Positions 28,557-37,915 of a stretch of DNA of 54,228 nt are shown piece by piece. The stretch lies in assembly GCA_017628235.1 (NCBI GenBank), contig JAGBZM010000003.1, forward strand, positions 1 through 54,228, read 5' to 3'. A program made the position numbers and the translations under genes. A model generated the notes under the pieces. It ran no database searches. It was not told the origin of the DNA and worked only from the letters and a program-made list of their open reading frames with translations. Position 1 is the stretch's first letter, and the number at the start of each line of letters is the position of its first letter. This DNA is from Lentisphaeria bacterium (GTDB lineage Bacteria; Verrucomicrobiota; Lentisphaeria; Victivallales; Victivallaceae).

Positions 28557-29548
28557 TTTACTTTTTTCCCGGCGGCAAGCGGGTGGGCCCCGGCATAAAC
28601 TTTTTTCAGTCTTTCAGCACTGACATGGGTGTAGATCTGAGTGGTGGAGAGGTTCTCATGTCCGAGCATTTCCTGCACACTGCGCAGATCCGCCCCGGCA
28701 TCGAGCAGATGAGTGGCAAATGAGTGACGCAATTTATGCGGAGTGAAATCCGGCGGCAATCCGGCGGCCAGCAGATAATTTTTCAAGTTCCGCTGGAATG
28801 AACGCGCGGTCAGGCGCGAACCGCTTTGATTGAGAAACAGCGGAGAATTGCTCTCCCGTCCGCCGCCGGCGGCATTCCGGTAACGCAGATATTCGCGCAG
28901 AGCTTTTCTGGCCGGAGTGCCGAGCATGGCCAGACGTTCTTTTTTGCCTTTGCCGCGCACTTTGATGATGCCGCTGGAGATGTCGGCATCGGCATAATTG
29001 AGATTGAGGACTTCGCTGATACGCAGACCGCCGGAGTAGATGGCTTCGATGATTGCTTTGTCACGGGATGAAGAAAAGAGCAGACCGCCTGCTGAACGGA
29101 CACTGCCGGCAGCTTCAGCATCTTTCCACCAGGAGTCAACCGCATTGAGCAGCAATTCGATCTGGTTGATGCTCATCACTTTGGGCAGCGGTTTGTCGGC
29201 TTTGATTTTCGGCAGATCGCAAAAAGGGTTGCTTCTGACCGTGTTTGAACGCATCATGAAGCGGAAAAAAGAGCGCATGGCAGATAATTTGCGCTGGATC
29301 GAACGTTTGGCATTGCCGGCATCATGCAGGGCGATGACAAAAGAACGGGCCTGATCGCGGTCGACACTCTCCCATTGGTCAAAAGATAGATCCGAATTGC
29401 GGACAAGGACGGTAAATTCACTGATCCCGGCCAGGTATGCTGCAATGGTATGCGGCGAAGAATTTTTCTCCAACTGCAGATAACGGATGAATGCTTCGGC
29501 ATATTTTCCGGTTTTGACAGATTTTTTTTCGTTTTTCATTTGCACCAC
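28553..29548 (-). CDS. xerC: Tyrosine site-specific recombinase, XerC/XerD type
   Basis: 331 aa with RISE...HKLRHSFATHLL...LGHENLSTTQIYTHV catalytic motifs. There is a 4-nt ATGA overlap with the hrpB start. XerC and XerD cannot be told apart by eye. Confidence 0.85.
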   Translation of the reverse strand: MVQMKNEKKSVKTGKYAEAFIRYLQLEKNSSPHTIAAYLAGISEFTVLVRNSDLSFDQWESVDRDQARSFVIALHDAGNAKRSIQRKLSAMRSFFRFMMRSNTVRSNPFCDLPKIKADKPLPKVMSINQIELLLNAVDSWWKDAEAAGSVRSAGGLLFSSSRDKAIIEAIYSGGLRISEVLNLNYADADISSGIIKVRGKGKKERLAMLGTPARKALREYLRYRNAAGGGRESNSPLFLNQSGSRLTARSFQRNLKNYLLAAGLPPDFTPHKLRHSFATHLLDAGADLRSVQEMLGHENLSTTQIYTHVSAERLKKVYAGAHPLAAGKKVK

Positions 29549-29614
29549 GCGTATTAGTCAAGTATATTAAAATACTGTATATTTGTAAAAATGCAACAAA
29601 AAAGGAGAAAATTT

Positions 29615-30505
29615 ATGATGAATAAGGTGTTTTCGGCTGTTTTGGCAGCGGTGGTAAGTGTCAGTCTGGCAGCGGCAGAGGAGAAGCCGGCGGTCAAACC
29701 GGTCGTTCCCGGGAAAGTCAATGCTGATCTGCTCAATTTGCGGCTGGGGCCGGGATTGCAGCATCCGGTGATCGGCAAGGTCGCGGATAAAACTCAACTG
29801 CAGATCCGCCGGATCATCGGCAACTGGCTGGAAGTTGAAGCTCCGGAAACTCTGACCATTTATGTTTCTGAAGCCCGGATCAACCGGCAGGGCAAACTTA
29901 CCGGAGAGCTGAATATGCGTTCTGCGATGGATGCCAAGGCTCCCTGCTTCGGAACTCTCCCGGCCGGAACCGCAGTGGAAAAGATCGGCAGCAGCAAAAA
30001 CGGCTGGGTGCGGATCAAAGTTCCGGCAGCAGCGGACATCAAAGTTTATGCCGCTTCATTTCTGGTTAACTACGATCCGGCCAAGTTCGATGAAAAGGGC
30101 AATATTGCCGGAACAGTGCCGGCCGAACCGGAAAAAACACCGGCGGAAACCCCGGCCATTCCGGTGAAAGAGGAAAAAAACATCCCGGTGGAAACCCCGG
30201 TTCCGGCTGTCCCGGCGATCGAAGAGGTCAAACCGGAAGCCGAAGCCGCCAAAGCTCCGGAAAATGAGAGTGTCGAGCTGCAGGGAGTTCTGGTGAAGTG
30301 GAAATACAGCAACTCTTCCAAAACAGATTATACTTTGCTCACCGCACCGGAGGGGTTGAATCAGGCATTTGTCAACAGTGACGATCCGGCACTTCTCAAA
30401 GCTCTGGAAAACAAAAAAGTTAAAATTTCCGGCAAACCGGACGGCCGGTTCGGAGAAAATGGCGCAATCATCGTAAAAGTTGATTCGATCGTGGAAATAC
30501 AGTGA
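29615..30505 (+). CDS. Secreted protein with two bacterial SH3 domains and a Pro/Glu/Ala-rich linker
   Basis: ATG 29615 follows AGGAGA. Signal peptide MMNKVFSAVLAAVVSVSLAAA. The SH3b-like repeats are LNLRLGPG...GNWLEV and LNMRSAMD...NGWVRI. Confidence 0.75.
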   Translation: MMNKVFSAVLAAVVSVSLAAAEEKPAVKPVVPGKVNADLLNLRLGPGLQHPVIGKVADKTQLQIRRIIGNWLEVEAPETLTIYVSEARINRQGKLTGELNMRSAMDAKAPCFGTLPAGTAVEKIGSSKNGWVRIKVPAAADIKVYAASFLVNYDPAKFDEKGNIAGTVPAEPEKTPAETPAIPVKEEKNIPVETPVPAVPAIEEVKPEAEAAKAPENESVELQGVLVKWKYSNSSKTDYTLLTAPEGLNQAFVNSDDPALLKALENKKVKISGKPDGRFGENGAIIVKVDSIVEIQ

Positions 30506-30596
30506 AATTGTGCTTCTGCGGAATGATAATTGCATAATTTTTGCCGTCAGGGGTTGAAAAAATACCTTTGACGGTGTAATAGTATATAATCGGATA

Positions 30597-32561
30597 GTGT
30601 TATTAACCCAACAGAAAGGTGGAAAATTGGATAAAACAGAAGAATACAAACGTACGGATGACCGGGCGCGATTGCTGACCAAACTGTCAGTGATCGGGGG
30701 AATCGGGTCATTGATCTTGCTGATTGCGGTGCTGATTCTGGCGGCGAAGCGCGGCGGAGATGTCTTGTCTCTGGCGGCAGTGCCGTTTGCATTGGCACTT
30801 TTGTTTTCGGCGGTATCATTCATCTACGGTATCCTTTACGGTGCGGTGCAGCGGGAGGATGAGGAAAAGCGTCTGCTGGCCAAACGGATGGAGAGCCGGG
30901 CTCTGAATGTGGAGGAGGATGTCCGCTTTACCGCCGGGAGAAGTTTTACCAATTACACCCGTTTTGCTCCCTTTGTGATCGCCGCAGCGGCAATGGTGGT
31001 GATCGGTTTGATGTTGTGGAATAACGTGGAAACCTGGAGCTTGCGGAAAGATGCCGGAGTGGTGATGACCGGTTCGCCGGTGCATACTGCACTGATCGCG
31101 GCGGTGCTGATGATGGTCAGCGTGCTGTCCGGAGCATTTATGGTCGGTCAGTCCCGGATGCCGGGATTCCGCTGGCTGCGTCCGGTGGGCGCATGGCTGA
31201 TGATGGGATTTCTCACGCTTTGCGCCGCAGCGGTTTCCGCACTTTTTTACAGCAACAACATTGTGGAGGTCGATCCGGTTGTTTCCAAAGTGTTTTTCTG
31301 GATTTTCGTGGTGCTTGGCGGGGAATTTGTCGTCAATGCCGTGATTGAATTTTACCGTCCGCGCACGATCGGTGAGAGCCGTCCGGTCTTCGAGAGTCAG
31401 CTTTTGGCACTCTTTACCGAACCCGGCGGTGTATTGCGCAATATTGCTTCAGCCCTGGACTATCAATTCGGTTTCAAAGTTTCCGGTACCTGGATCTACG
31501 GATTTATTGAAAGATCATTTTTCCCGGTGCTGATCCTGTGGGGTGTGCTGTTCTGGGGATTCACGGCGGTGCATGAGGTCGGCCCCAATAATGTCGGTAT
31601 CCGCGAACAATTCGGCAAAGCCCTTACCGGCGAGGTACTTACTCCCGGTATTTATTGGACTTTACCGTATCCTTTCGGTACGATCCGGCAATTCAGCTGT
31701 ACCGAAGTCAAACGCCTGGTGATCGGTGAAAGCTCCGAAAGTGCCAAAGAGCGTGCCGCTTCGCCGGTGGTGCTGTGGACCAATGAACACGGCGTGGCCA
31801 AAGACCCGTTTGTGGTAGCGGTGAAAGAACCGGAAGTCAGAAGCGCGGATAAAAGTGCATTGAGTCTGGAAAGTTCAAGTATCTCATTTGTCAATATGGC
31901 CATCCCGATCGAGTACCGTATCCGGGAAGACGGAGTGGTCAAGTATGCTTACGGCAATGCCGATCCGGATGCGGTGATGAAAAAACTCGGTGAACAGGCG
32001 GTGGTCGAATTTCTGGCCGGTACGACGATGGAGGATTTCATGGCTTCCGGTCGCGGCCGCGCTGAAGCGGTACTGCAGCAGAATCTGCAGAAACTGGCCG
32101 ATCAGAATGAGTTGGGCGTGGAGATCATCCGCGTGGCGATCATGGATGCTCACCCGCCGGTGGAGAATGTCGCTCCGGCGTACCAGAATGTGATTGCTTC
32201 CATCGAGGAGCGTCAGACTGAAACTCTCAAGGCCGAAGCATACCGCAATACCGTGCTGCCGGCAGCGGAAGCTGCCGCATTCGGGATCGAAAAATCTGCT
32301 TTCAGCCGGGCCGAAAGTGCCAAGATCATTGCTGAAGCTGAAAGTGAACGCTTCAGCGAACAGCTTAAAGCATTCCGCAGTATGCCGCAGATGTTTATGC
32401 TCAACGCCCGAATGGAGGCTCTGGAAACTGACGGTGCCTCCATTCAGAAGTATGTGGTTCCGGCGGATATCAAAGACATGGTCTACCAGATGAATTTCGA
32501 GAAAAATGAACGGCTGGATCTGGTGAATCTGGATGTGTCCGAATTGAGTGATAAAAATTAA
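30597..32561 (+). CDS. Polytopic membrane protein with a C-terminal SPFH/band-7 domain
   Basis: About 330 aa with multiple TM helices, then the SPFH core (VGIREQFGK...PGIYWTLPYPFG) and a coiled-coil tail. The start is uncertain: GTG 30597 is followed by two TTA codons, and TTG 30627 is the alternative. Confidence 0.75.
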   Translation: MLLTQQKGGKLDKTEEYKRTDDRARLLTKLSVIGGIGSLILLIAVLILAAKRGGDVLSLAAVPFALALLFSAVSFIYGILYGAVQREDEEKRLLAKRMESRALNVEEDVRFTAGRSFTNYTRFAPFVIAAAAMVVIGLMLWNNVETWSLRKDAGVVMTGSPVHTALIAAVLMMVSVLSGAFMVGQSRMPGFRWLRPVGAWLMMGFLTLCAAAVSALFYSNNIVEVDPVVSKVFFWIFVVLGGEFVVNAVIEFYRPRTIGESRPVFESQLLALFTEPGGVLRNIASALDYQFGFKVSGTWIYGFIERSFFPVLILWGVLFWGFTAVHEVGPNNVGIREQFGKALTGEVLTPGIYWTLPYPFGTIRQFSCTEVKRLVIGESSESAKERAASPVVLWTNEHGVAKDPFVVAVKEPEVRSADKSALSLESSSISFVNMAIPIEYRIREDGVVKYAYGNADPDAVMKKLGEQAVVEFLAGTTMEDFMASGRGRAEAVLQQNLQKLADQNELGVEIIRVAIMDAHPPVENVAPAYQNVIASIEERQTETLKAEAYRNTVLPAAEAAAFGIEKSAFSRAESAKIIAEAESERFSEQLKAFRSMPQMFMLNARMEALETDGASIQKYVVPADIKDMVYQMNFEKNERLDLVNLDVSELSDKN

Positions 32562-32600
32562 CAATAAATAATATATAATATTTGGAGGCAGAATAGAATT

Positions 32601-33530
32601 ATGGCAAAGGGAAATTTTTTCAAACATTGGCCGACGATGTTTCTCGGTCTGATCGTGGCACTGATTTTGCTTACGGCGGTATTTTCGTTCCAGCTCAATC
32701 AGACTGAAGTGGCGGTACTCACGACTTTCGGCAGACCTTCGGTGGTCGAGGAAGCCGGACTGCACTTCCGCTGGCCGTTCCCGTTTCAGAAAGTTTACCG
32801 TTTCGACAAACGTATCCGTTGTTACGAGGGCAGCAGCGGCAAACTGGAAGAGACCGTGACCGAGGACGGACACAATATCATCGTCGGTATCTATGTCAAC
32901 TACCGGATCAGCGCAGTGGAAACGTTTTTCAGCAAACTCAAAGATATTTCCAATGCGGAGGATGTGCTGAACACTTTGATGCGGAGCGCGAAAAACACCG
33001 CTTTCGGCAAACGGAAATTCGATCAGGTGGTGAATGCTGACGGCAACATGCTCAAACTCAATGAGATCATGGCTGAGATCCAGAGTACTCTCACCCGTGA
33101 CACTTCTGCATTCGGCATCGAGATCGTCGATGTCGGCATCAACAGTCTGGGCGTACCGAAAACTGTTACCGAAAAGGTCTTTGAAAGAATGATCGCGGAA
33201 CGTAAACGCTTCGCGGATGAAAACATCTCCAAAGGTAAGAGCGAAGCGGAAAAGATCCGGGTCGAAGCCAATTTGGAACGCGATCAGAAGATCGCCCGCG
33301 CCGAGGCCGATGCTCTGAAACTGCGCGCGCAGGGTGATGCGGAAGCGGCTAAATTTTACAAGGAATTTGCCAAAGATCCGCAGCTTGCCGAGTTTCTCCG
33401 TAAGATCGAAGCTCTCCGGGTGATGATGAGAGGACGTACCACGATGGTGGTCAATACCGATATGCCGCCTTTTGATCTGTTGAAGCCCGGAACGGTTATT
33501 CCCGGGGTCAAAGCTTCTGAAACCAAGTAA
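32601..33530 (+). CDS. hflC: SPFH/band-7 protein, HflC-like
   Basis: N-terminal TM helix, then VLTTFGRP...GLHFRWPFPFQKV, GIEIVDVGINSLGVP and a MIAERKR coiled coil. Confidence 0.8.
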   Translation: MAKGNFFKHWPTMFLGLIVALILLTAVFSFQLNQTEVAVLTTFGRPSVVEEAGLHFRWPFPFQKVYRFDKRIRCYEGSSGKLEETVTEDGHNIIVGIYVNYRISAVETFFSKLKDISNAEDVLNTLMRSAKNTAFGKRKFDQVVNADGNMLKLNEIMAEIQSTLTRDTSAFGIEIVDVGINSLGVPKTVTEKVFERMIAERKRFADENISKGKSEAEKIRVEANLERDQKIARAEADALKLRAQGDAEAAKFYKEFAKDPQLAEFLRKIEALRVMMRGRTTMVVNTDMPPFDLLKPGTVIPGVKASETK

Positions 33531-33542
33531 CAAGGAGCGATC

Positions 33543-34682
33543 ATGGAGGACAACAAAAGCGTAATAACCAATGAATTCGACCGCAGCGGCCGTTATGATG
33601 CCGGGTTGAAGTCTTTGGCCAAAAGTCTGCGCGTGGCGTTTCTGCTGCTGTTGATCGGCATTATCGCCACCTTGATTTACTTTGTCAGCGGCGCGGGATA
33701 CTTTTCGGTTGAACCGCAGCAGGCGGTGATCGTGAGCCGTTTCGGCCGGATCGCCGGGACTTATACTTCCGGCGGACACTGGTTCCTGCCTTTCCCGGTC
33801 AATCAATTTATCCGGGTGCAGACCAGTCAGCAGCTGCTGGAAGTGGATTTCTCTGCCGCCGCAACTCCCAATGGCGGCGGTGATTCTCTGGAACCGGGCC
33901 GTGATACCTATGTGATGACCGGCGATGCGAATATTGTTCACAGTTCGTGGACCATCGCGTACCGGGTGGATAATCCGGAAAAGTTCTACTGCAATCTGCT
34001 TACTCCCCTGTTTCCGGTGGAAAACGGCAAAGTTACTCCCGATGATGAATTCAAAGATGCCGACGGTATGACCGGCACTCGCGGTCCGGTGACACTGTTG
34101 CGCAATCTTTTCCGGCGGGCAGTAATTACTGTTACCGCGCAATCGGTGGTCAACGACATCCTTTACGCCGGACAGAGCAAATACAGCGATGATGTGCGGC
34201 GGGAATTTGCCCGGCTGGTGACAGCCCATGATTGCGGTATCGTGATCGAAAATGTCGGATTGAACCGCATTTATCCGCCGGTGAAGACCAAAGAGGCGTT
34301 TGAAGAGGTCACTTCGGCAGCCAATGCCAGTTCGGCCTTGCGTAATGAAGCACTGGCTTACAAGGTCACTCAGGAAAATGAAGCGGTTTCCCGCAGTGCA
34401 GCGATCATTGCCGCTGCTGAAGCGTATAAAAACCGGATCACCGCCCAGCTGGAGGCCCAGAGCGACCATTTCAATAAGATTTACGAACAGCACCGGAATA
34501 ATCCAGGCACTCTGACGATGGCTCTGTACACAGAAATGCTCAAAGAGGTCGCCGCCGATGTCTATAAAGACGGTGACAAATTCGTGCTTGGTCCTCAGGG
34601 AAGCGGCAAATCTCTCTGGCTCAAACTTAACCGTGAACCGAAAACATCCACCGCTGCCGACGGTGCGGGGGAGGGTAAATAA
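33543..34682 (+). CDS. hflK: SPFH/band-7 protein, HflK-like
   Basis: Cytoplasmic tail plus a TM helix, then VIVSRFGRI...GGHWFLPFPV and MTGDANIVHSSWTIAYRVDNPEKFY. Confidence 0.75.
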   Translation: MEDNKSVITNEFDRSGRYDAGLKSLAKSLRVAFLLLLIGIIATLIYFVSGAGYFSVEPQQAVIVSRFGRIAGTYTSGGHWFLPFPVNQFIRVQTSQQLLEVDFSAAATPNGGGDSLEPGRDTYVMTGDANIVHSSWTIAYRVDNPEKFYCNLLTPLFPVENGKVTPDDEFKDADGMTGTRGPVTLLRNLFRRAVITVTAQSVVNDILYAGQSKYSDDVRREFARLVTAHDCGIVIENVGLNRIYPPVKTKEAFEEVTSAANASSALRNEALAYKVTQENEAVSRSAAIIAAAEAYKNRITAQLEAQSDHFNKIYEQHRNNPGTLTMALYTEMLKEVAADVYKDGDKFVLGPQGSGKSLWLKLNREPKTSTAADGAGEGK

Positions 34683-34684
34683 TT

Positions 34685-36718
34685 ATGAGCGAACATATTC
34701 ACAATCATCAGCATGGCTGTGCCTGCGGTCACGATCACCACGATCATGAGCATGATCACGGCCATTGCGCCTGCGGTCACGACCACCACCATGAAGACAG
34801 CACCTGCATTTGCGGCCATGACCACAAAGCCGAAGGCGGGGTCGGCCATGACCGGAGCATGGGCCGGGTGTTCTTTGCGCTGGTCGGCGGTATTCTGACT
34901 GCCAACAGTTTTATTCTGGAAGCACTTCTGCCGGAACAGCAGTTCGCTTCTTACATGTCAGCTCTTTTCGGAGCATTCATTCTGGCTCTGCCGATCATCA
35001 TCACTGCGGTGAAAGATTTGATCAAGGGTAAAGTTTACATGAATGAGCTGGTTGCATTGGCGATCCTTGCAGCTCTGGTCAAAGCTGACTTTCAGACGGC
35101 CGGGATTATCGCGTTCTTTCTGCTGGTGACCATCATCATCGAGACGCGTACCGCCAGCGGGGCCCAGCGGTCAATCGAGGAACTTATCAAGCTCACTCCC
35201 AATACCGCGAGTCTGATCGGCGCGGACGGCAGTGAAAAAGAGGTCGCCGCGCAGGATCTGCATGTCGGTGACCGCATCCGTATCCGTCCCGGAGAGAACT
35301 TCCCGGTGGATGGTCAAATCATTTCCGGTGAAAGTACCGTCAATCAGGCTTCCATTACCGGTGAATCAGTGCCGGTGGAAAAGGTCGCCGGAGATGATGT
35401 TTTCGCCGGTACCCAGAACCTGACCGGCGCAGTGGATGTCACAGTGACCAAAGTCGGCGGGGAAACCACGTTGGGCAAGGTCAAAGAGATGATCATGCAG
35501 GCGGAAGCCAGCCGTACCCCGGTGGTGCGGATCATCGACCGTTATGCCGGATATTATACTCCGACGGTGCTGATGATCGCCTGGATCACCTGGTGGTTCA
35601 GCCGGGATATGGATTCCGTGATCGCTTTTCTGGTCATTGCCTGTCCCTGTGCGGTGGTGCTGGCCACTCCGACGGCGGTGGTCGCGGCGGTGGCGGCGGC
35701 AGCGCGGTTGGGTATTTTTATCAAGAATATCAGCCATTTGGAACTTGCCAGCCGGATTTCAGCGTTTGTATTTGATAAAACCGGTACTTTGACCGACGGT
35801 CTGCTGTCAGTGGTCAAACTGCAGGGAGTTGACGGGGTCACTCCGGCGGAATTGCTCCGCAGTGCCGCTTCCGTAGAGCGTTTCAGTAACCACCCGACAG
35901 CTTTGGCGATCATCAAACTGGCGCAGGAAGCAGAACTGGAACTGGATGGTGTCACCGGATTTGCCGAAGAACACGGTAAAGGTGTTTCCGGAACGGTTGC
36001 CGGTTCGCTTTACCGGGTCGGCCGGGCCAACTGGATGCGGGAAAACGGCCTGCTGCTGCCGGAAAGCGATCCGGATGAAGCAGCCGGTATGAGTGTGGTT
36101 TATGTCAGTAAAGATGACAGGGTTCTCGGTTGGATCGGGTTCCGGGACAAGATCCGCAAAGAATCGCAGGTACTGCTTTCTGATTTGCGGCGGCTGGGTG
36201 TACGTTACTGTGCGATGGTCACCGGTGACCGGCAATCGGTTGCCGAAGAGGTCGCCGGTCAGCTCAATATCGATGAATTCAAAAGCGGTTGTTTGCCGGA
36301 AACCAAAGTCGAATTTGTGGAAAATGTCAAACGTGATCATACCGTGGCAGTGGTCGGTGACGGCGTGAATGACGCTCCGGCACTGGCCGCCGGAGATCTG
36401 GGTATCGCCATGGGAGCCATCGGCAGTGACATTGCGATCAACAGTGCATCAGTGGCGTTGATGACCAATGATTTGCGCCGGATCGCGATGCTGATTTTCC
36501 TAGCGAAAAAATCTCAGGTGGTCATCAATCAGAACTTGATTTTCGGTATGCTCTTTGTTTTCGGCGGTATGATCCTGTCGATCGTGGGCCTGATGACTCC
36601 GATCTGGGCGGCGGTGATCCATGCCGGCAGTACATTGGTGATCGTATTCAACAGTGCGCGTTTGGTGCGTACCGGAGAAGAACTGACTCTGGCCGATAAG
36701 GCAGAATCTGATAAATAA
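34685..36718 (+). CDS. Heavy-metal-translocating P1B-type ATPase with a His/Cys-rich N-terminus
   Basis: CPC in ACPCAVVLATP, DKTGTLT, GDGVNDAPAL and HAGSTLVIVFNSARL. The N-terminal 58 aa carry three CxCGHDH motifs. The ATG lies 2 nt after the upstream stop. Confidence 0.92.
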   Translation: MSEHIHNHQHGCACGHDHHDHEHDHGHCACGHDHHHEDSTCICGHDHKAEGGVGHDRSMGRVFFALVGGILTANSFILEALLPEQQFASYMSALFGAFILALPIIITAVKDLIKGKVYMNELVALAILAALVKADFQTAGIIAFFLLVTIIIETRTASGAQRSIEELIKLTPNTASLIGADGSEKEVAAQDLHVGDRIRIRPGENFPVDGQIISGESTVNQASITGESVPVEKVAGDDVFAGTQNLTGAVDVTVTKVGGETTLGKVKEMIMQAEASRTPVVRIIDRYAGYYTPTVLMIAWITWWFSRDMDSVIAFLVIACPCAVVLATPTAVVAAVAAAARLGIFIKNISHLELASRISAFVFDKTGTLTDGLLSVVKLQGVDGVTPAELLRSAASVERFSNHPTALAIIKLAQEAELELDGVTGFAEEHGKGVSGTVAGSLYRVGRANWMRENGLLLPESDPDEAAGMSVVYVSKDDRVLGWIGFRDKIRKESQVLLSDLRRLGVRYCAMVTGDRQSVAEEVAGQLNIDEFKSGCLPETKVEFVENVKRDHTVAVVGDGVNDAPALAAGDLGIAMGAIGSDIAINSASVALMTNDLRRIAMLIFLAKKSQVVINQNLIFGMLFVFGGMILSIVGLMTPIWAAVIHAGSTLVIVFNSARLVRTGEELTLADKAESDK

Positions 36719-36739
36719 TTGTCGTAAAAGGATTTGCAG

Positions 36740-37915
36740 ATGGAAAACAACTATGAACCGGTGGTGCAGGCAGTCGGCTTGACCAAAATGTTCCGGGATT
36801 TCTGGCACCGTCCGAAAGCCCGGGCGGTGAACGGTATTGATTTTGAGATCAAGCCAGGAGAAGTGGTCGGTTTGCTCGGTCCCAACGGTTCGGGTAAATC
36901 CACGACGGTGAAAATGCTTCTGGGGCTGCTTTATCCCACCGGCGGTAAGGTGACGGTTTTCGGGAAATCTCCCCGGGAAGTGGAGACTAAACGGGAGATC
37001 GGTTATCTGCCGGAGGAGTCATATCTTTATAAATTTCTGACTGCCGAAGAGACACTGAACTTTTTCGGTTCGCTTTTCAATATTTCGGCAGAGGACCGGA
37101 AGCGGCGCATCGATCAGCTGCTGGATATGGTCGGTCTGGCCCATGCGCGTTACCGCCGGGTCGGAGAATTTTCCAAAGGTATGGCACGGCGTATCGGTCT
37201 GGCCCAGGCGATGATCAATGACCCGGCGTTTCTGATCCTTGATGAACCGACCAGCGGTCTTGACCCGTTAGGATGCCGGGAGGTGAAAGATTTGATCCTC
37301 GCGCTGAAAAAACGGGGCAAAACGGTGCTTATCACCAGCCATCTGCTCAGCGATGTGGAAGATATCTGCGACCGGGTGATCATTCTGTACGGCGGCAAGA
37401 TCCGGGCTGAAGGAGCATTGGATGAATTGCTTACCGTCAGTGACAAAACCCGCATCCTTACTCCCCAGCTGCCGAAAGAGGCGATGGAAAAACTGCTCGG
37501 TCTGCTCCGGGAAAATCTGCATGGCGAACAATTCAATGTTGACCATCCCCGGCGGACACTGGAAGAATTTTTCCTCGATGTTATTTCACAAGCCAGACGG
37601 GAAAGTGTGGAAACAGCCGGTGTTTCCGGTTCCGGCGGCATAGCTGAATATCTGGTCGGTGATAAAGAAGATAAAAATGCGGTACTCAATTCGCTTCTGC
37701 AGGAAACTCCGGTTGAAGAGAAAACTGCGGCAGTTGCGGCAGCTGTTCCGGCAAAGAGCAGTGCGGATGAGAAGATCGCTTCGGTACTTGAAACGGAAAA
37801 AACGGCAGCGGTATCAGAGGCTCCGGCGACTGCCCGGTCTGGCGATACGGCAGAGAATATCCGCCGGGCCAATGATAAGTTGGATTCGCTGCTCGGCGGT
37901 AAATCAGGTGAATGA
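36740..37915 (+). CDS. ABC transporter ATP-binding protein (ABC-2 type) with a disordered C-terminal extension
   Basis: Walker A GPNGSGKST, signature FSKGMARR and Walker B FLILDEPTSGLD. ATG 36740 lies 7 nt after AAAAGGA. Confidence 0.9.
   Translation: MENNYEPVVQAVGLTKMFRDFWHRPKARAVNGIDFEIKPGEVVGLLGPNGSGKSTTVKMLLGLLYPTGGKVTVFGKSPREVETKREIGYLPEESYLYKFLTAEETLNFFGSLFNISAEDRKRRIDQLLDMVGLAHARYRRVGEFSKGMARRIGLAQAMINDPAFLILDEPTSGLDPLGCREVKDLILALKKRGKTVLITSHLLSDVEDICDRVIILYGGKIRAEGALDELLTVSDKTRILTPQLPKEAMEKLLGLLRENLHGEQFNVDHPRRTLEEFFLDVISQARRESVETAGVSGSGGIAEYLVGDKEDKNAVLNSLLQETPVEEKTAAVAAAVPAKSSADEKIASVLETEKTAAVSEAPATARSGDTAENIRRANDKLDSLLGGKSGE

Noticed and set aside
28553-29548. Tyrosine recombinase as a marker of an integrated mobile element or prophage
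   Set aside because: The sequence and length fit housekeeping XerC/XerD. It overlaps hrpB by 4 nt in an apparent operon. No tRNA, att-like repeats, phage, transposase or conjugation genes flank it.
31884-34493. 869-aa antisense ORF spanning three SPFH genes and both intergenic gaps
   Set aside because: It is in the exact codon-complement register of the sense genes: all three start at coordinates divisible by 3 and the gaps are 39 and 12 nt. Antisense stops therefore need sense TTA, CTA or TCA codons, which appear to be avoided in this window. The translation is F/I/R/D/H/G-rich junk, whereas the sense-strand products carry clear SPFH motifs.
34595-34898. Short ORFs on both strands over the start of the P-type ATPase (for example 34713-34898 and 34595-34849)
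   Set aside because: They are alternative-frame readings of the repetitive CAC/GAC/CAT-rich His/Asp tract. The ATPase frame continues into clear P1B motifs.
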